Of a DNA stretch of 64,000 nt, positions 1-9,274 are shown piece by piece; positions within the stretch are counted from its first letter, which is position 1; each line of letters starts with the position of its first letter. The stretch spans positions 256,001 to 320,000 of the forward strand of contig CAWDXG010000004.1 in the NCBI GenBank assembly GCA_963806225.1, read 5' to 3'. A model generated the notes under the pieces. It saw only the letters and a program-made list of their open reading frames with translations, was not told the origin of the DNA and searched no databases. The translations under genes were made by a program, and so were the position numbers. Source of the stretch: an uncultured delta proteobacterium (GTDB lineage Bacteria; Myxococcota_A; Polyangia; Polyangiales; Polyangiaceae).

Positions 1-2
1 GC

Positions 3-932
3 AACTCCAGCGCGACCTACGACACGGATTTCGTCGAGCTGCACAACCGCGGCACGACGGCTGTCGATCTATCGAGCTGGTCCATCCAGTATGCGTCGTC
101 GACCGGCAGCTCGTGGGGGGTCACCCCCCTGTCGGGCAGCGTCGCCCCGGGGGGTTACTACCTCGTCGCGCTCGCTTCCGGCAGCACCGGCGGTGCGCTC
201 CCGACGCCCGACGCGACCGGCACCTCGAACCTTTCCGCGTCGAACGGAAAGGTCGCGCTGGTGAACTCCACGACCGCGCTGACCGGCAGCTGCCCCGCCG
301 ATTCCTCGGTCGTCGACTTCGTCGGCTACGGCACTGCGAACTGCTACGAAGGCACCGCCGCCGCGCCGTCGCCCAGCGCGACCAACTCCACCCAGCGCGG
401 CGGCTCGGGCTGCACGGATGTCGACGAGAACTCGACCGACTTTGCCGCCGCAGCCGTGGCGCCGCGCAACAGCGGCACCACAGCGCTTTCGTGTTCTCCC
501 TGCGGCGTCGTCAACGAAACCGGCAACGGCGCGGAGGCGGACTGGTGCATCGTGCAGTCTCCGACCAGCCTGAGCCTCACGACCTCGCAGGCTTCCGGCT
601 TGATCTACGGACGACTGTACGAGTCGGGCCTGACCGGCACCGGCAGTGCCCCGGCTGGCGTGATCGCCCAGGTCGGCTACGGACCGGCGGACGTCAATCC
701 CGAGACCCAGAGCGGGTTCGTCTTCTACCCGACCACGTTCAACATGAACTACGGCAACAACGATGAATTCCAGGGCGCGTTCACCGCGCCCGCCACCACC
801 GGCGACTACCGCTACGTGTATCGCTTCAGCCTCGACGGGCAGTCGTGGACGTATTGCGATCTCGACGGTGCAGGCTCCGACGCGGGGCTCTCGTTCGACG
901 TGACCCAGCTGCCGGTCCTGACCGTCAACTAG
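3..932 (+). CDS. Lamin-tail-domain (LTD) extracellular protein, 5' partial
   Basis: Open frame from the window start: DFVELHNRGTTAVDLSSWSIQYASSTG...APGGYYLV...GKVALV...VVDFVGYG, typical of LTD proteins. Confidence 0.75.
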   Translation, partial: NSSATYDTDFVELHNRGTTAVDLSSWSIQYASSTGSSWGVTPLSGSVAPGGYYLVALASGSTGGALPTPDATGTSNLSASNGKVALVNSTTALTGSCPADSSVVDFVGYGTANCYEGTAAAPSPSATNSTQRGGSGCTDVDENSTDFAAAAVAPRNSGTTALSCSPCGVVNETGNGAEADWCIVQSPTSLSLTTSQASGLIYGRLYESGLTGTGSAPAGVIAQVGYGPADVNPETQSGFVFYPTTFNMNYGNNDEFQGAFTAPATTGDYRYVYRFSLDGQSWTYCDLDGAGSDAGLSFDVTQLPVLTVN

Positions 933-1737
933 GCGGCGGCGCGTCCGCGAGGAACGCCGCAATCTCGTCGGCGATGCCAGCGTCGAACAGGAGAGCCACG
1001 TGGCCGAGGTCCGGCACCGGGAGATCGCGGCCGCCTACGACCTCGAGCGACGAGGTGGCAGCCGGGTGCACGACGTTGTCGTGCGTCGAGAAGATGCTGA
1101 GTGACGGCAGCTCGAGCGCGCGCCGTTCGCGCAGGTGCACTGCGCCGGCGCGCAGGTGCTCCGCGCTCGCGCCCGGGATGAGCGGCGGCCAGGAGATCCC
1201 GGCGTGCGGCGAACCGATCGTCACGAGCCGGCGAACCGCGGCTCCGCCACGGCCCAGCATCTCGAGCGCCACCAGCCCACCCATCGAATGACAGACGACG
1301 TCCACCGCGTCGCAGTGTTCGCTGTCGCACACCCACTGCACGAAGCGCTCGAGCTGTGCGGCGCTCCGCGTGAGGTGGCTGAGCGGCCAGTAGTTGAAGC
1401 CGTAGACCGGACCCAGTCCCCGCTGCGACAGAGCGCGCGCCAGCCACAGGAAATCAACGCGGTTCTGCGCGTAGCCATGGACCAGCACCACGGGCCGCCC
1501 GTTGCCGCCGCCCATGCGCCGTCCGTACAGATAGAACAGCGGCAGCAGCGGCAGGACGGCCCCGACGACGAGGGCCTCACGCAGCGCCTCGCGCAGCGTC
1601 GCCGCCACGCCGCGCGGTTCGTGATCGCCGCGGGCGAAACCGTAGGTGCTGGCGATGTACAGGCTGATGCCGACGAGATACGCGAAGGCGACTCCCGCCA
1701 GCGCCTCCGCCACGTGCGAGCCCTGCGTCGGTAGCAT
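925..1737 (-). CDS. Alpha/beta-fold esterase/lipase with N-terminal membrane segments
   Basis: VVLVHGY oxyanion motif, CHSMGG nucleophile elbow, TIGSPHAG, D-x-V-V and GH catalytic motifs. Confidence 0.8.
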   Translation of the reverse strand: MLPTQGSHVAEALAGVAFAYLVGISLYIASTYGFARGDHEPRGVAATLREALREALVVGAVLPLLPLFYLYGRRMGGGNGRPVVLVHGYAQNRVDFLWLARALSQRGLGPVYGFNYWPLSHLTRSAAQLERFVQWVCDSEHCDAVDVVCHSMGGLVALEMLGRGGAAVRRLVTIGSPHAGISWPPLIPGASAEHLRAGAVHLRERRALELPSLSIFSTHDNVVHPAATSSLEVVGGRDLPVPDLGHVALLFDAGIADEIAAFLADAPPPS

Positions 1738-1765
1738 CGAGCCCTTCAATAGCACCCGTCGGGGG

Positions 1766-1812
1766 TTGACAGCCGGTCCCGGTGGTGTCATTTGATTGGG
1801 CGACTGACCAAT
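1766..1812 (+). promoter_or_regulatory. Probable promoter (-35 TTGACA) and imperfect palindrome (likely TetR operator) overlapping the TetR start
   Basis: TTGACA at 1766-1771; ATTGGgCgactGaCCAAT imperfect inverted repeat at 1795-1812. Confidence 0.45.
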
Positions 1813-2467
1813 GACGGGAACCAGCACGAATACCCGGGAAGCCATTCTCGGGGCCGCCGACCAGCTGTTCGGCGAGGTGGGGTTCGAGAGCGCCAGCACC
1901 CGGCTCATCGGCGAGCGTTCCGGCGTCAACAAGGCGCTTATCCACTACCACTTCAAGGACAAGAGCGAGCTGTGGAACGCGGTCCTCGACCGCTACTACG
2001 AGCGGCTCGGAAGCGAGATCCAGGCGGCGCTCGGGCACGGCGGGAAGCTGCGCGAGCAGATGATCGGCCTGCTCGAGAGCTACCTCGACTTCCTGGCGGC
2101 CAATCGCACGTTCGCGCGCATGGTGCAGCGCGAGGTGGCGGGCGGGCAGCACGTCGAGCGGGTCACCGCGCACATGGCGCCCCTGTTCGAGACCGGGGCC
2201 GCACTGCTGCACGAGGCCTATCCGGCCACGCTCGAGGGGCCGCTGTCGGCCGCCCAGCTCCTGGTGAGCTTCTACGGCATGGCCGTCACCTGGGTCACGT
2301 ACGCCCCGGTGGTCGAGCAGCTTCTGGGCCAAGACCCACTTGGCGAAGAGGGCCTGGCGCTACGCAAGGCCCACCTGGCGAGGATGGTCGACCTGGTCAT
2401 CGCATCGCTCGAAGGACAACCGCGCGCTCCGGCTGCGGACGCAGCTGCGCGCAGGAGGAAAACATGA
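1811..2467 (+). CDS. TetR/AcrR family transcriptional regulator
   Basis: REAILGAADQLFGEVGFESASTRLIGERSGVNKALIHYHFKDKSELW HTH. Confidence 0.92.
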   Translation: MTGTSTNTREAILGAADQLFGEVGFESASTRLIGERSGVNKALIHYHFKDKSELWNAVLDRYYERLGSEIQAALGHGGKLREQMIGLLESYLDFLAANRTFARMVQREVAGGQHVERVTAHMAPLFETGAALLHEAYPATLEGPLSAAQLLVSFYGMAVTWVTYAPVVEQLLGQDPLGEEGLALRKAHLARMVDLVIASLEGQPRAPAADAAARRRKT

Positions 2468-3507
2468 AGAGCACGACACCGCGGATGCAGACGGTCCTGA
2501 CGAAGCTGGCCGGACGGGCCATAGAAGCGCGCCAGCGCGGCGACGGCAGGCCGTTCGTCGTCGGGCTGTTCATTACGCAGCACTGCATGTGCGACTGCAA
2601 GAGCTGCCTGTGGAAGCACAACGACTGGGAAAACGTCCCCACCGAGACCTTGAAACGCTTCTATCGTGAAGCCCGGGACGAGGGTTTCGTCGCGACGGCC
2701 ATCACCGGCGGCGAGCCGTTCATGCGTCGCGATCTGGGGGAGATCGTGCGCTACGTCCACGACGAGCTCGGCATGGCCGTGCTGCTGTTCACGACCGGCT
2801 GGTACCTCGAGCGGCGCATGGACGAGGTGCTGCCCTGGGTCGACATGCTGATGCTGAGCCTCGACTCCGCGCGGCCGGAGCGGCACGACGAGATCCGGCG
2901 TCTTCCCGGCCTGCATGCGCGGCTGATGAGCTCGATCAAGCTGGTCAAGCAGCGCTACCCGGAGCTGTCGGTACAGCTCAACACCTGCGTGCAGCGCGGC
3001 CTCGAAGCCGACGGCGAGATCGACGAGCTTGTCGCGCTGGCCGAGCAGCTGGGAGTGCCGATCTCGTTCGACGTGATCACGCCGTTCCGCAACGGCTCCG
3101 ACGGCTCCCACTTCTCCTTGACCGACATGGGGCTGCCCCAGGCGGAGCTCGCCCGCGTCTGCAGCGAGCTCTCGGCGAAAAAGCGCGCCGGCGCTCCGAT
3201 CCTGAACTCCGACCGGTACTTCCAGTACTTCATCGACGGCAGGCCCGGCTACCGCTGCCACTTCCCCAAGCTCGCCATGAGCGTCGACGCGCGCGGCATG
3301 GTGGAAAACTGCCTCGACCTCGATCACCCGCTCGGAAACATCCAGACCACGCCCCTGGCCGAGATCATGCAGAGTCCGGCCTTCTCCGGGCTCCGTTGCG
3401 CCGCAGAGAGCTGTTCGTCGTGTTCGTCGCCGACCATGGTCGACATGTCGCACGTCTGGGAAGATCCGGGGCTGGTGTTCCGCTCGGACGGCATCGCCAT
3501 CGGATAG
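2464..3507 (+). CDS. Radical SAM protein with C-terminal SPASM/twitch-like Cys cluster
   Basis: CMCDCKSC (CxxxCxxC), TGGEP motif, C-terminal CSSC; start overlaps the TetR stop (ATGA). Confidence 0.88.
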   Translation: MKSTTPRMQTVLTKLAGRAIEARQRGDGRPFVVGLFITQHCMCDCKSCLWKHNDWENVPTETLKRFYREARDEGFVATAITGGEPFMRRDLGEIVRYVHDELGMAVLLFTTGWYLERRMDEVLPWVDMLMLSLDSARPERHDEIRRLPGLHARLMSSIKLVKQRYPELSVQLNTCVQRGLEADGEIDELVALAEQLGVPISFDVITPFRNGSDGSHFSLTDMGLPQAELARVCSELSAKKRAGAPILNSDRYFQYFIDGRPGYRCHFPKLAMSVDARGMVENCLDLDHPLGNIQTTPLAEIMQSPAFSGLRCAAESCSSCSSPTMVDMSHVWEDPGLVFRSDGIAIG

Positions 3508-3511
3508 CTGG

Positions 3512-4564
3512 ATGCCAAAATTCTTCCGGGCGCTGGGCCCACTGATTGCCAGAGTCGACGGCGGCGCGCGCGCCGCGCCGCCGCCGACGCCAGCCGAGGA
3601 CGGCACGCAGTTCCCGCGCGCGCAGTGGGACCTCAGGACCCTGATCGCCGTCTTCGGACCCGACGCCCCGCTGCGCTTCCTGAGCCTCACCACGACGCTC
3701 GGCCTGACGGGATTGCCGTTCGACCAGGGGCAGAGCTGGTCCGGGGCTCCCGACGCCGCGTTCGACGTGCAGCTGTGTCTGGAGGGGCGCGGGAAGACCG
3801 CAGGCTACAAGCGCTACCACCGCGTCGGCTCCGAGCTCGAGTCGACGGCCGGCGCGGTGCACCTCCATCTCGGCGAGCGGCTGCGCATCGACGGCGCCTG
3901 GCCGCACTACCGCATCGAATGGCGCCAGGCCGAGGAAGAGCTGTCGCTCGACATCGCAATCGAGACGCACGGAGACGTGCAGCGCTGGGCCTGGGCGCCG
4001 CGCTACTTCTGCCACTACACCAGCTTCGGCGACTGTCAGCTGAGCTGGCGCTGGCGCGGCGACTCCGGCGAGCTCTCGACTCCGGCTCTGCTGGACCACG
4101 GCTGGGGGCGGCGAGCGCCGCTGGCCTCCGCGCTCGGGCTGTTCCGCTACGAGGTGCTGCGCCTGCCCGGCGACGACCTCGCGATCGGTCTCTGGACCGA
4201 GGGACCGGCGGGACTTAGGTTGCGCGACGTAGGGGTGATGCACCGTGGGGGGAACACGTTGCAGACAGGCTATTCGTGCCGCGTGGAGGAGCTCGATCGC
4301 TTCGCCAACTACGCGGACGAGAGCCGGCACGTGCCGCGACGCTGGAGGGCGGAGCTTTCGGGGCCCGACGGCACGCTGCGCTACAGCGCCACGCGGGCCA
4401 GCGCGCCGCAGCCGGTGCTCGGCGACGGCTTCGTCTGCGCGTTCGACTACGAGGCCGAAGGGACTGGCGCCTGGTCGGGCCGCTTCAGCGGTGAGGGCTA
4501 CGTCGAACAACTCGGTCCCGCATGGTCCGCAAACCGCCGCGCACCGCGCGGCACCTCGAGCTGA
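3512..4564 (+). CDS. Hypothetical protein (beta-rich, possibly lipocalin/cyclase-like)
   Basis: 350-aa ORF in operon; LDHGWG and terminal GEGYVEQ resemble tocopherol-cyclase/AttH-like folds. Confidence 0.55.
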   Translation: MPKFFRALGPLIARVDGGARAAPPPTPAEDGTQFPRAQWDLRTLIAVFGPDAPLRFLSLTTTLGLTGLPFDQGQSWSGAPDAAFDVQLCLEGRGKTAGYKRYHRVGSELESTAGAVHLHLGERLRIDGAWPHYRIEWRQAEEELSLDIAIETHGDVQRWAWAPRYFCHYTSFGDCQLSWRWRGDSGELSTPALLDHGWGRRAPLASALGLFRYEVLRLPGDDLAIGLWTEGPAGLRLRDVGVMHRGGNTLQTGYSCRVEELDRFANYADESRHVPRRWRAELSGPDGTLRYSATRASAPQPVLGDGFVCAFDYEAEGTGAWSGRFSGEGYVEQLGPAWSANRRAPRGTSS

Positions 4565-4575
4565 GGAGACGCAGC

Positions 4576-7143
4576 ATGGCGAGCTTCCGTGACACCGACC
4601 AACTCTACCGCGTATTCGACGCCTTCTTCCGCCGGGTCGCCGACCAGCGCGAGCTCGCTGACGCGCTGCTCGGAAGCCGCATGGTGCTGCGCCTCCGCTA
4701 CAAGGACCCCGACGGACAGGTCACGATCGACCTCGGCAAGGCACCCATCCGCTGGGAATTCGGCGAGACCTCGCTCGAGCCGGAGCTCGAGCTGATCCAG
4801 TCCGCCGACGTCGCCAATCGCTTCTGGCAGGGGCGGCTCAATATCACCAGTGCGATCGCAACGCGCAAGGTCGTCGCGCGCGGACCGATCAAGAAAGCAC
4901 TCGCCCTGCTGCCCGCGCTCGAGGGCGCCTACCCGCTCTACGCCGATGTGCTGCGCGAGCTCGGCGAGAGCGCGCTGTTGGTCGACGAGGCCGCGCATCC
5001 GCCACTGGGCGAGCGCCTGCTCGCCGAAGCGCGGCGCGTCGCCCAGCGCGCACGCGGTCATCTACCGGGCCGCCGCGGCGTGGACTTCGATGCGCTGGAG
5101 CCGCACCGGATCCCGCTCGTCGACGAGGTGGAGGCGGAGCGCGTCGCGCTGCGCCCACAGGATCTGCCGGGGGAGCCGGACGCGCTCGCCGTCGAGATGT
5201 TGCGTCGCATGCGTCTGATCCGCGCCTTCGAGGAGCATCTGGCCGCAGCCTGGGCGCGCGGCGAAGTGCCGACCGAGGCCATCCACCTGTCGATCGGCCA
5301 GGAAGCGACCGCCGTGGGCGCCTGCTTCGCGCTTGGCGCCGGCGACTACCTGGCGACCACGCACCGCGGCCACGGCCACATGCTCGCCAAGGGAGCGGAC
5401 CTCGACGGGATGATGGCGGAGCTTCTGGGCCGCGCCACTGGCCTGTGCGGCGGAAAGGGCGGCTCGATGCACGTGACCGATTCCTCCGTCGGCGCCATCG
5501 GAGCCAACGGTATCGTGGGGGCGAGCGGGCTCATCGCCGCCGGCGCCGCCCACGCCGCGCAGCTCGCCGGCAGCGATCAGGTCGCCGTGGCGTTCCTCGG
5601 TGACGGCGCGACGAACCAGGGCATGTTCCATGAAGCGGTCAACCTGGCGGCGGTGTTCGGGCTGCCGGTGCTGTTCGTGATCGAGAACAACCTGTACGGC
5701 GAGTTCACCCCGCTCGCCCGGCACACGCGCGTGACGCGCCTGGCCGACCGCGCGGCGGCCTACGGCATCCCCGGCGTGGACGTCGACGGCAACGACGCCC
5801 GCGCGGTGTACCAGGCGACGTGCGCAGCCGTTGAGCGGGCGCGGCGGGGCGGCGGTCCGACGCTGCTCGAGTGCCGCACGTACCGCTGGCACGGACACAT
5901 GGAGGGCGAGACCGCCGCCTACCGCAGCGCCGACGAGATCGAGACCTGGAAGGCGCGCTGCCCCATCACTGCGCTCGAACGCGCGCTGCTCGACGATGGC
6001 GTCCTTACCGACGTCAAAGCCGCCGCGCTAGCGGACGAGGCGCGGAGCCGCGTCTCGACGGCCTGGAAGCGGGCCAGCGAGGCAGCGGAACCGGAAGCCG
6101 GAGCGCTCTACACGGACATCTACTCGCCCGAGCCGCGGAGTCTGTACACCGCCCCCGCCGCGCCGCCCGTCGCCGCGCGTGACATCACCTGCTCGAAGGC
6201 GCTGTTCGAGGCGCTCGCCGAGGAGCTCGAGCGCGACGAGCGCGTGTATCTGCTCGGCGAGGACGTGACCACGGGCGGCTACTTCGCCGTCACCTCCGGG
6301 CTCGTGGAGCGCTTCGGCACGAGCCGCATCGTGGACACGCCCATCAGCGAGTACGCAATCGTCGGCTCGGCGGTGGGCGCAGCCATCGCCGGCCGGCGAC
6401 CCGTCTGCGAGATCCTGTTCTCCGACTTCCTGACGACCTGCATGGACCCATTGGTCAACCAGGCCGCCAAGCTGCGCTACATGTCCGGCGGCCAGTACTC
6501 GCTGCCGATGGTGGTGCGCACGCCCGGCGGGGCCGGGCTGGGAATGGCGGCGCAGCACTCGCAGAGCCTGGAAGCGCTCTTGACGGGCATTCCGGGGCTC
6601 CTGGTGGTGGCGCCGGGCACAGCCGCCGACGCCAAGGGGCTTCTGAAGGCGGCCATCCGCTCCAACAACCCCGTGCTCTTCTTCGAGAACAAGCTGATGT
6701 ACGCGGAGCCAGGCCCGGTTCCCGATGGCGAGTTCCTGGTCCCGCTCGGCGTGGCGGACGTGAAGCGAGCCGGCACGGACGCAACGGTGGTCAGCATCGG
6801 CGCCGCGCTCGGCCGCACGCTGGAGGCGGCACGGCTTCTGGACGGCCACGGCGTGTCCGCCGAGGTGATCGACGTGCGGACCCTGGTCCCGCTCGATCTG
6901 CCGACGATCGTCCGATCCGTCGCGCGCACCGGACGGCTGGTCACCGTGGAGGACGGACCGGTCGGCCACGGCTTCGGCTCGGAAGTCGTCGCGCGTATCG
7001 TCGAGGTGGCCCACAGCGCCCTGCGCTCGGCCCCGCGCCGCGTCGGCGCCGCGGATGTCCCCCTGCCCTACAACTCGAAGCTGGAAAACGCCGCACTTCC
7101 CGACGCCGAGCGCATCGCCGCCACCGTCGAGAAAACGCTCTGA
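4576..7143 (+). CDS. SCP2 sterol-carrier-like domain fused to 2-oxoacid/acetoin dehydrogenase E1 alpha+beta (TPP-dependent)
   Basis: N-terminal ANRFWQGRLNITSAIATRKVVARGP (SCP2-like); HLSIGQEA, GDGATNQG...ENN TPP motif, DTPISE, QHSQ, EVIDVRTLVPLD; RBS GAGGAG. Confidence 0.88.
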   Translation: MASFRDTDQLYRVFDAFFRRVADQRELADALLGSRMVLRLRYKDPDGQVTIDLGKAPIRWEFGETSLEPELELIQSADVANRFWQGRLNITSAIATRKVVARGPIKKALALLPALEGAYPLYADVLRELGESALLVDEAAHPPLGERLLAEARRVAQRARGHLPGRRGVDFDALEPHRIPLVDEVEAERVALRPQDLPGEPDALAVEMLRRMRLIRAFEEHLAAAWARGEVPTEAIHLSIGQEATAVGACFALGAGDYLATTHRGHGHMLAKGADLDGMMAELLGRATGLCGGKGGSMHVTDSSVGAIGANGIVGASGLIAAGAAHAAQLAGSDQVAVAFLGDGATNQGMFHEAVNLAAVFGLPVLFVIENNLYGEFTPLARHTRVTRLADRAAAYGIPGVDVDGNDARAVYQATCAAVERARRGGGPTLLECRTYRWHGHMEGETAAYRSADEIETWKARCPITALERALLDDGVLTDVKAAALADEARSRVSTAWKRASEAAEPEAGALYTDIYSPEPRSLYTAPAAPPVAARDITCSKALFEALAEELERDERVYLLGEDVTTGGYFAVTSGLVERFGTSRIVDTPISEYAIVGSAVGAAIAGRRPVCEILFSDFLTTCMDPLVNQAAKLRYMSGGQYSLPMVVRTPGGAGLGMAAQHSQSLEALLTGIPGLLVVAPGTAADAKGLLKAAIRSNNPVLFFENKLMYAEPGPVPDGEFLVPLGVADVKRAGTDATVVSIGAALGRTLEAARLLDGHGVSAEVIDVRTLVPLDLPTIVRSVARTGRLVTVEDGPVGHGFGSEVVARIVEVAHSALRSAPRRVGAADVPLPYNSKLENAALPDAERIAATVEKTL

Positions 7144-7174
7144 CCCCAGCGACAAAACGCGTACCCTGTGCGCC

Positions 7175-8866
7175 ATGCTGACCTTCAGCGCGGATGGGCC
7201 GACCGCCGACAAGCAGATGCGCGCGGTCATCTTCTACCTGACCACCTTCGGGTACATCGACGGCGACTTCGACGACTCGGAGAAGACCTTCGTCCGGGAC
7301 TACATCGCCAAGCTCGTCGAGCACCGCGTCAACGGCGCGATATCGGCCGAGGACGAGCAGCTCCGCGGCGAGCTCAAGCAGAAGTTCACCACCCACTTCC
7401 ACGAAGTGTTCGAGGGCATCGACCACCAGGTGAAGGACCTGTTCGACGAGGCCGTCTCCACCGGCGAAAAGCAGGACGACTTCGTCCACGCCAAGCTCAA
7501 GCTGCGCTGCTTCGAGATTTTCAAGAGCTTCGACCAGGACAACCAGGAACAGCTCATGGACACCATCGACGAGCTGATCCACGCCGATGGGCACGTCCAC
7601 CCTGCGGAAGCCAAGTTCCGGGGCGAGCTGGCGGACCTGCTGGAAGAGGACCTCGGCGTGCAGCTGATCGACGACGGAGCGGCCAAGCCGCCCGTGTCCA
7701 TCGGAAAGCCCGACGCGCCGGCTCCCAGCGTGGAGAACCACCCCTTCTTCGACCAGTTCGAGTTCAACTACACGGCCGACCACGACCGGCTGATGCAGCA
7801 GGTCAACGCCGACGAAGCGTTGATGGACAAGGTCATTGCGACGCTCGAGCAGCAGCGCAAGGTGTCCAGCGCAGGCCTTGCTGGAAAGCAGCGCGTGAGC
7901 GAGTTCAGCGGCCAGGATCCGTTTCTCGACGGGCACGTCTACGTGTGTCCCACCAAGCCCGGTGAGGACTACGAGCTGATCGTCGTCGGCGATCTGCACG
8001 GCTGCTACAGCTGCCTCAAGGCGGTGCTGATGCAGACCGACTTCTTCGCGAAGGTCGGGCGCTTCCAGCAGGACCCGGCCAACAACCCGAATCCCAAGCT
8101 GATCCTGCTCGGCGACTACATCGATCGCGGAATGTTCAGCTACCAGGGTGTGCTCCGCTCGGTGATGCAGCTGTTCGTCACCGCGCCCGAGCACGTCTAC
8201 ATGCTGCGCGGCAACCACGAGTACTACGTCGAGCACCAGGGCAAGGTGTACGGCGCCGTCAGGCCGTCCGAGGCGATGAGCACGCTCAAGCCGCACATCT
8301 CGCAGCAGGTGTTCGCGCACTACATGAAGTTCTTCGATGCGATGCCGAACATGCTCCTGTTCGAGCGCTTCCTGTTCGTGCACGGCGGCATTCCGCGCGA
8401 CCTCACGCTCAAGGAGAAGTACAAGGACCTGTCGAGCCTCAACGACTGGGACATCCGCTTCGAGATGATGTGGAGCGACCCCTCCAGCGCGGACGTGATC
8501 CCGGCCTCGCTGCAGAAGCAGTCGGCGCGCTTCCCGTTCGGACGCCTGCAGAGCCAGGCCTTCCTGCAGCGCATCGGCTGCCACACGCTCATCCGCGGAC
8601 ACGAGAAGGTGGAGGAAGGGTTCCGCCGCGCCTACGACGACGAGAACCAGCTCTTGATCACGCTATTTTCGGCGGGCGGAAAGACGAACGACGATCTGCC
8701 GGCCGAGAGCAGCTACCGCGACGTCACCCCCCGGGCCATGACCATCCGCTTCAAAGACGGGGAAAGCACGATCACACCGCTCACGATCGACTACGAGCGC
8801 TACAACGATCCGAGCAAGAACCGCTTCTTCCAGTCGCCACCGGAGATCCAGCACCGCGCCGACTGA
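7175..8866 (+). CDS. TerB-like N-terminal domain plus PPP-family Ser/Thr metallophosphoesterase
   Basis: GDLHG, GDYIDRG, LRGNHE, HGG, WSDP, IRGHE motifs; N-terminal IDGDFDDSEK and ADGHVHPAE TerB-like motifs. Confidence 0.85.
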   Translation: MLTFSADGPTADKQMRAVIFYLTTFGYIDGDFDDSEKTFVRDYIAKLVEHRVNGAISAEDEQLRGELKQKFTTHFHEVFEGIDHQVKDLFDEAVSTGEKQDDFVHAKLKLRCFEIFKSFDQDNQEQLMDTIDELIHADGHVHPAEAKFRGELADLLEEDLGVQLIDDGAAKPPVSIGKPDAPAPSVENHPFFDQFEFNYTADHDRLMQQVNADEALMDKVIATLEQQRKVSSAGLAGKQRVSEFSGQDPFLDGHVYVCPTKPGEDYELIVVGDLHGCYSCLKAVLMQTDFFAKVGRFQQDPANNPNPKLILLGDYIDRGMFSYQGVLRSVMQLFVTAPEHVYMLRGNHEYYVEHQGKVYGAVRPSEAMSTLKPHISQQVFAHYMKFFDAMPNMLLFERFLFVHGGIPRDLTLKEKYKDLSSLNDWDIRFEMMWSDPSSADVIPASLQKQSARFPFGRLQSQAFLQRIGCHTLIRGHEKVEEGFRRAYDDENQLLITLFSAGGKTNDDLPAESSYRDVTPRAMTIRFKDGESTITPLTIDYERYNDPSKNRFFQSPPEIQHRAD

Positions 8867-8939
8867 GCCTGCGGAGACACTCTGCCGGGGGGCGGCGCGA
8901 CCGGCTTGGCTTCCCCGCCCCGCTGATGCACGATGGGGC

Positions 8940-9209
8940 ATGGCCTTTGCACTGCCCCGCGGCGAGATCGACAAGCTGATCGAGGAGCTGGAGCTGCTCG
9001 AGAAGAACCCCCGCGACGACCAGCTGCGGCACCGCTGCCTCAGGCGCACCCACGCCATCTGCGACGTGCTTGCCATGGGAGAGCAGCTGGAGGCGCAGGT
9101 GACGAAGCTGGTAGACGCCGACAATGCGCTGCGGGCCTCCAAGCTGATGGCGGTGCTGGCCCAGGGCGGCGCGATGACGCGGCGCTTGAAGTTCAGCAAG
9201 ATGTTCTAG
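8940..9209 (+). CDS. Small helical hypothetical protein
   Basis: 89-aa ORF with good codon bias between two + strand genes. Confidence 0.6.
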   Translation: MAFALPRGEIDKLIEELELLEKNPRDDQLRHRCLRRTHAICDVLAMGEQLEAQVTKLVDADNALRASKLMAVLAQGGAMTRRLKFSKMF

Positions 9210-9274
9210 CGTTTGCAGAGTTGATGCGACGCGTCGCCCAGGGCGGGGAAAATCCGCGGTATGATCGGCGCATC

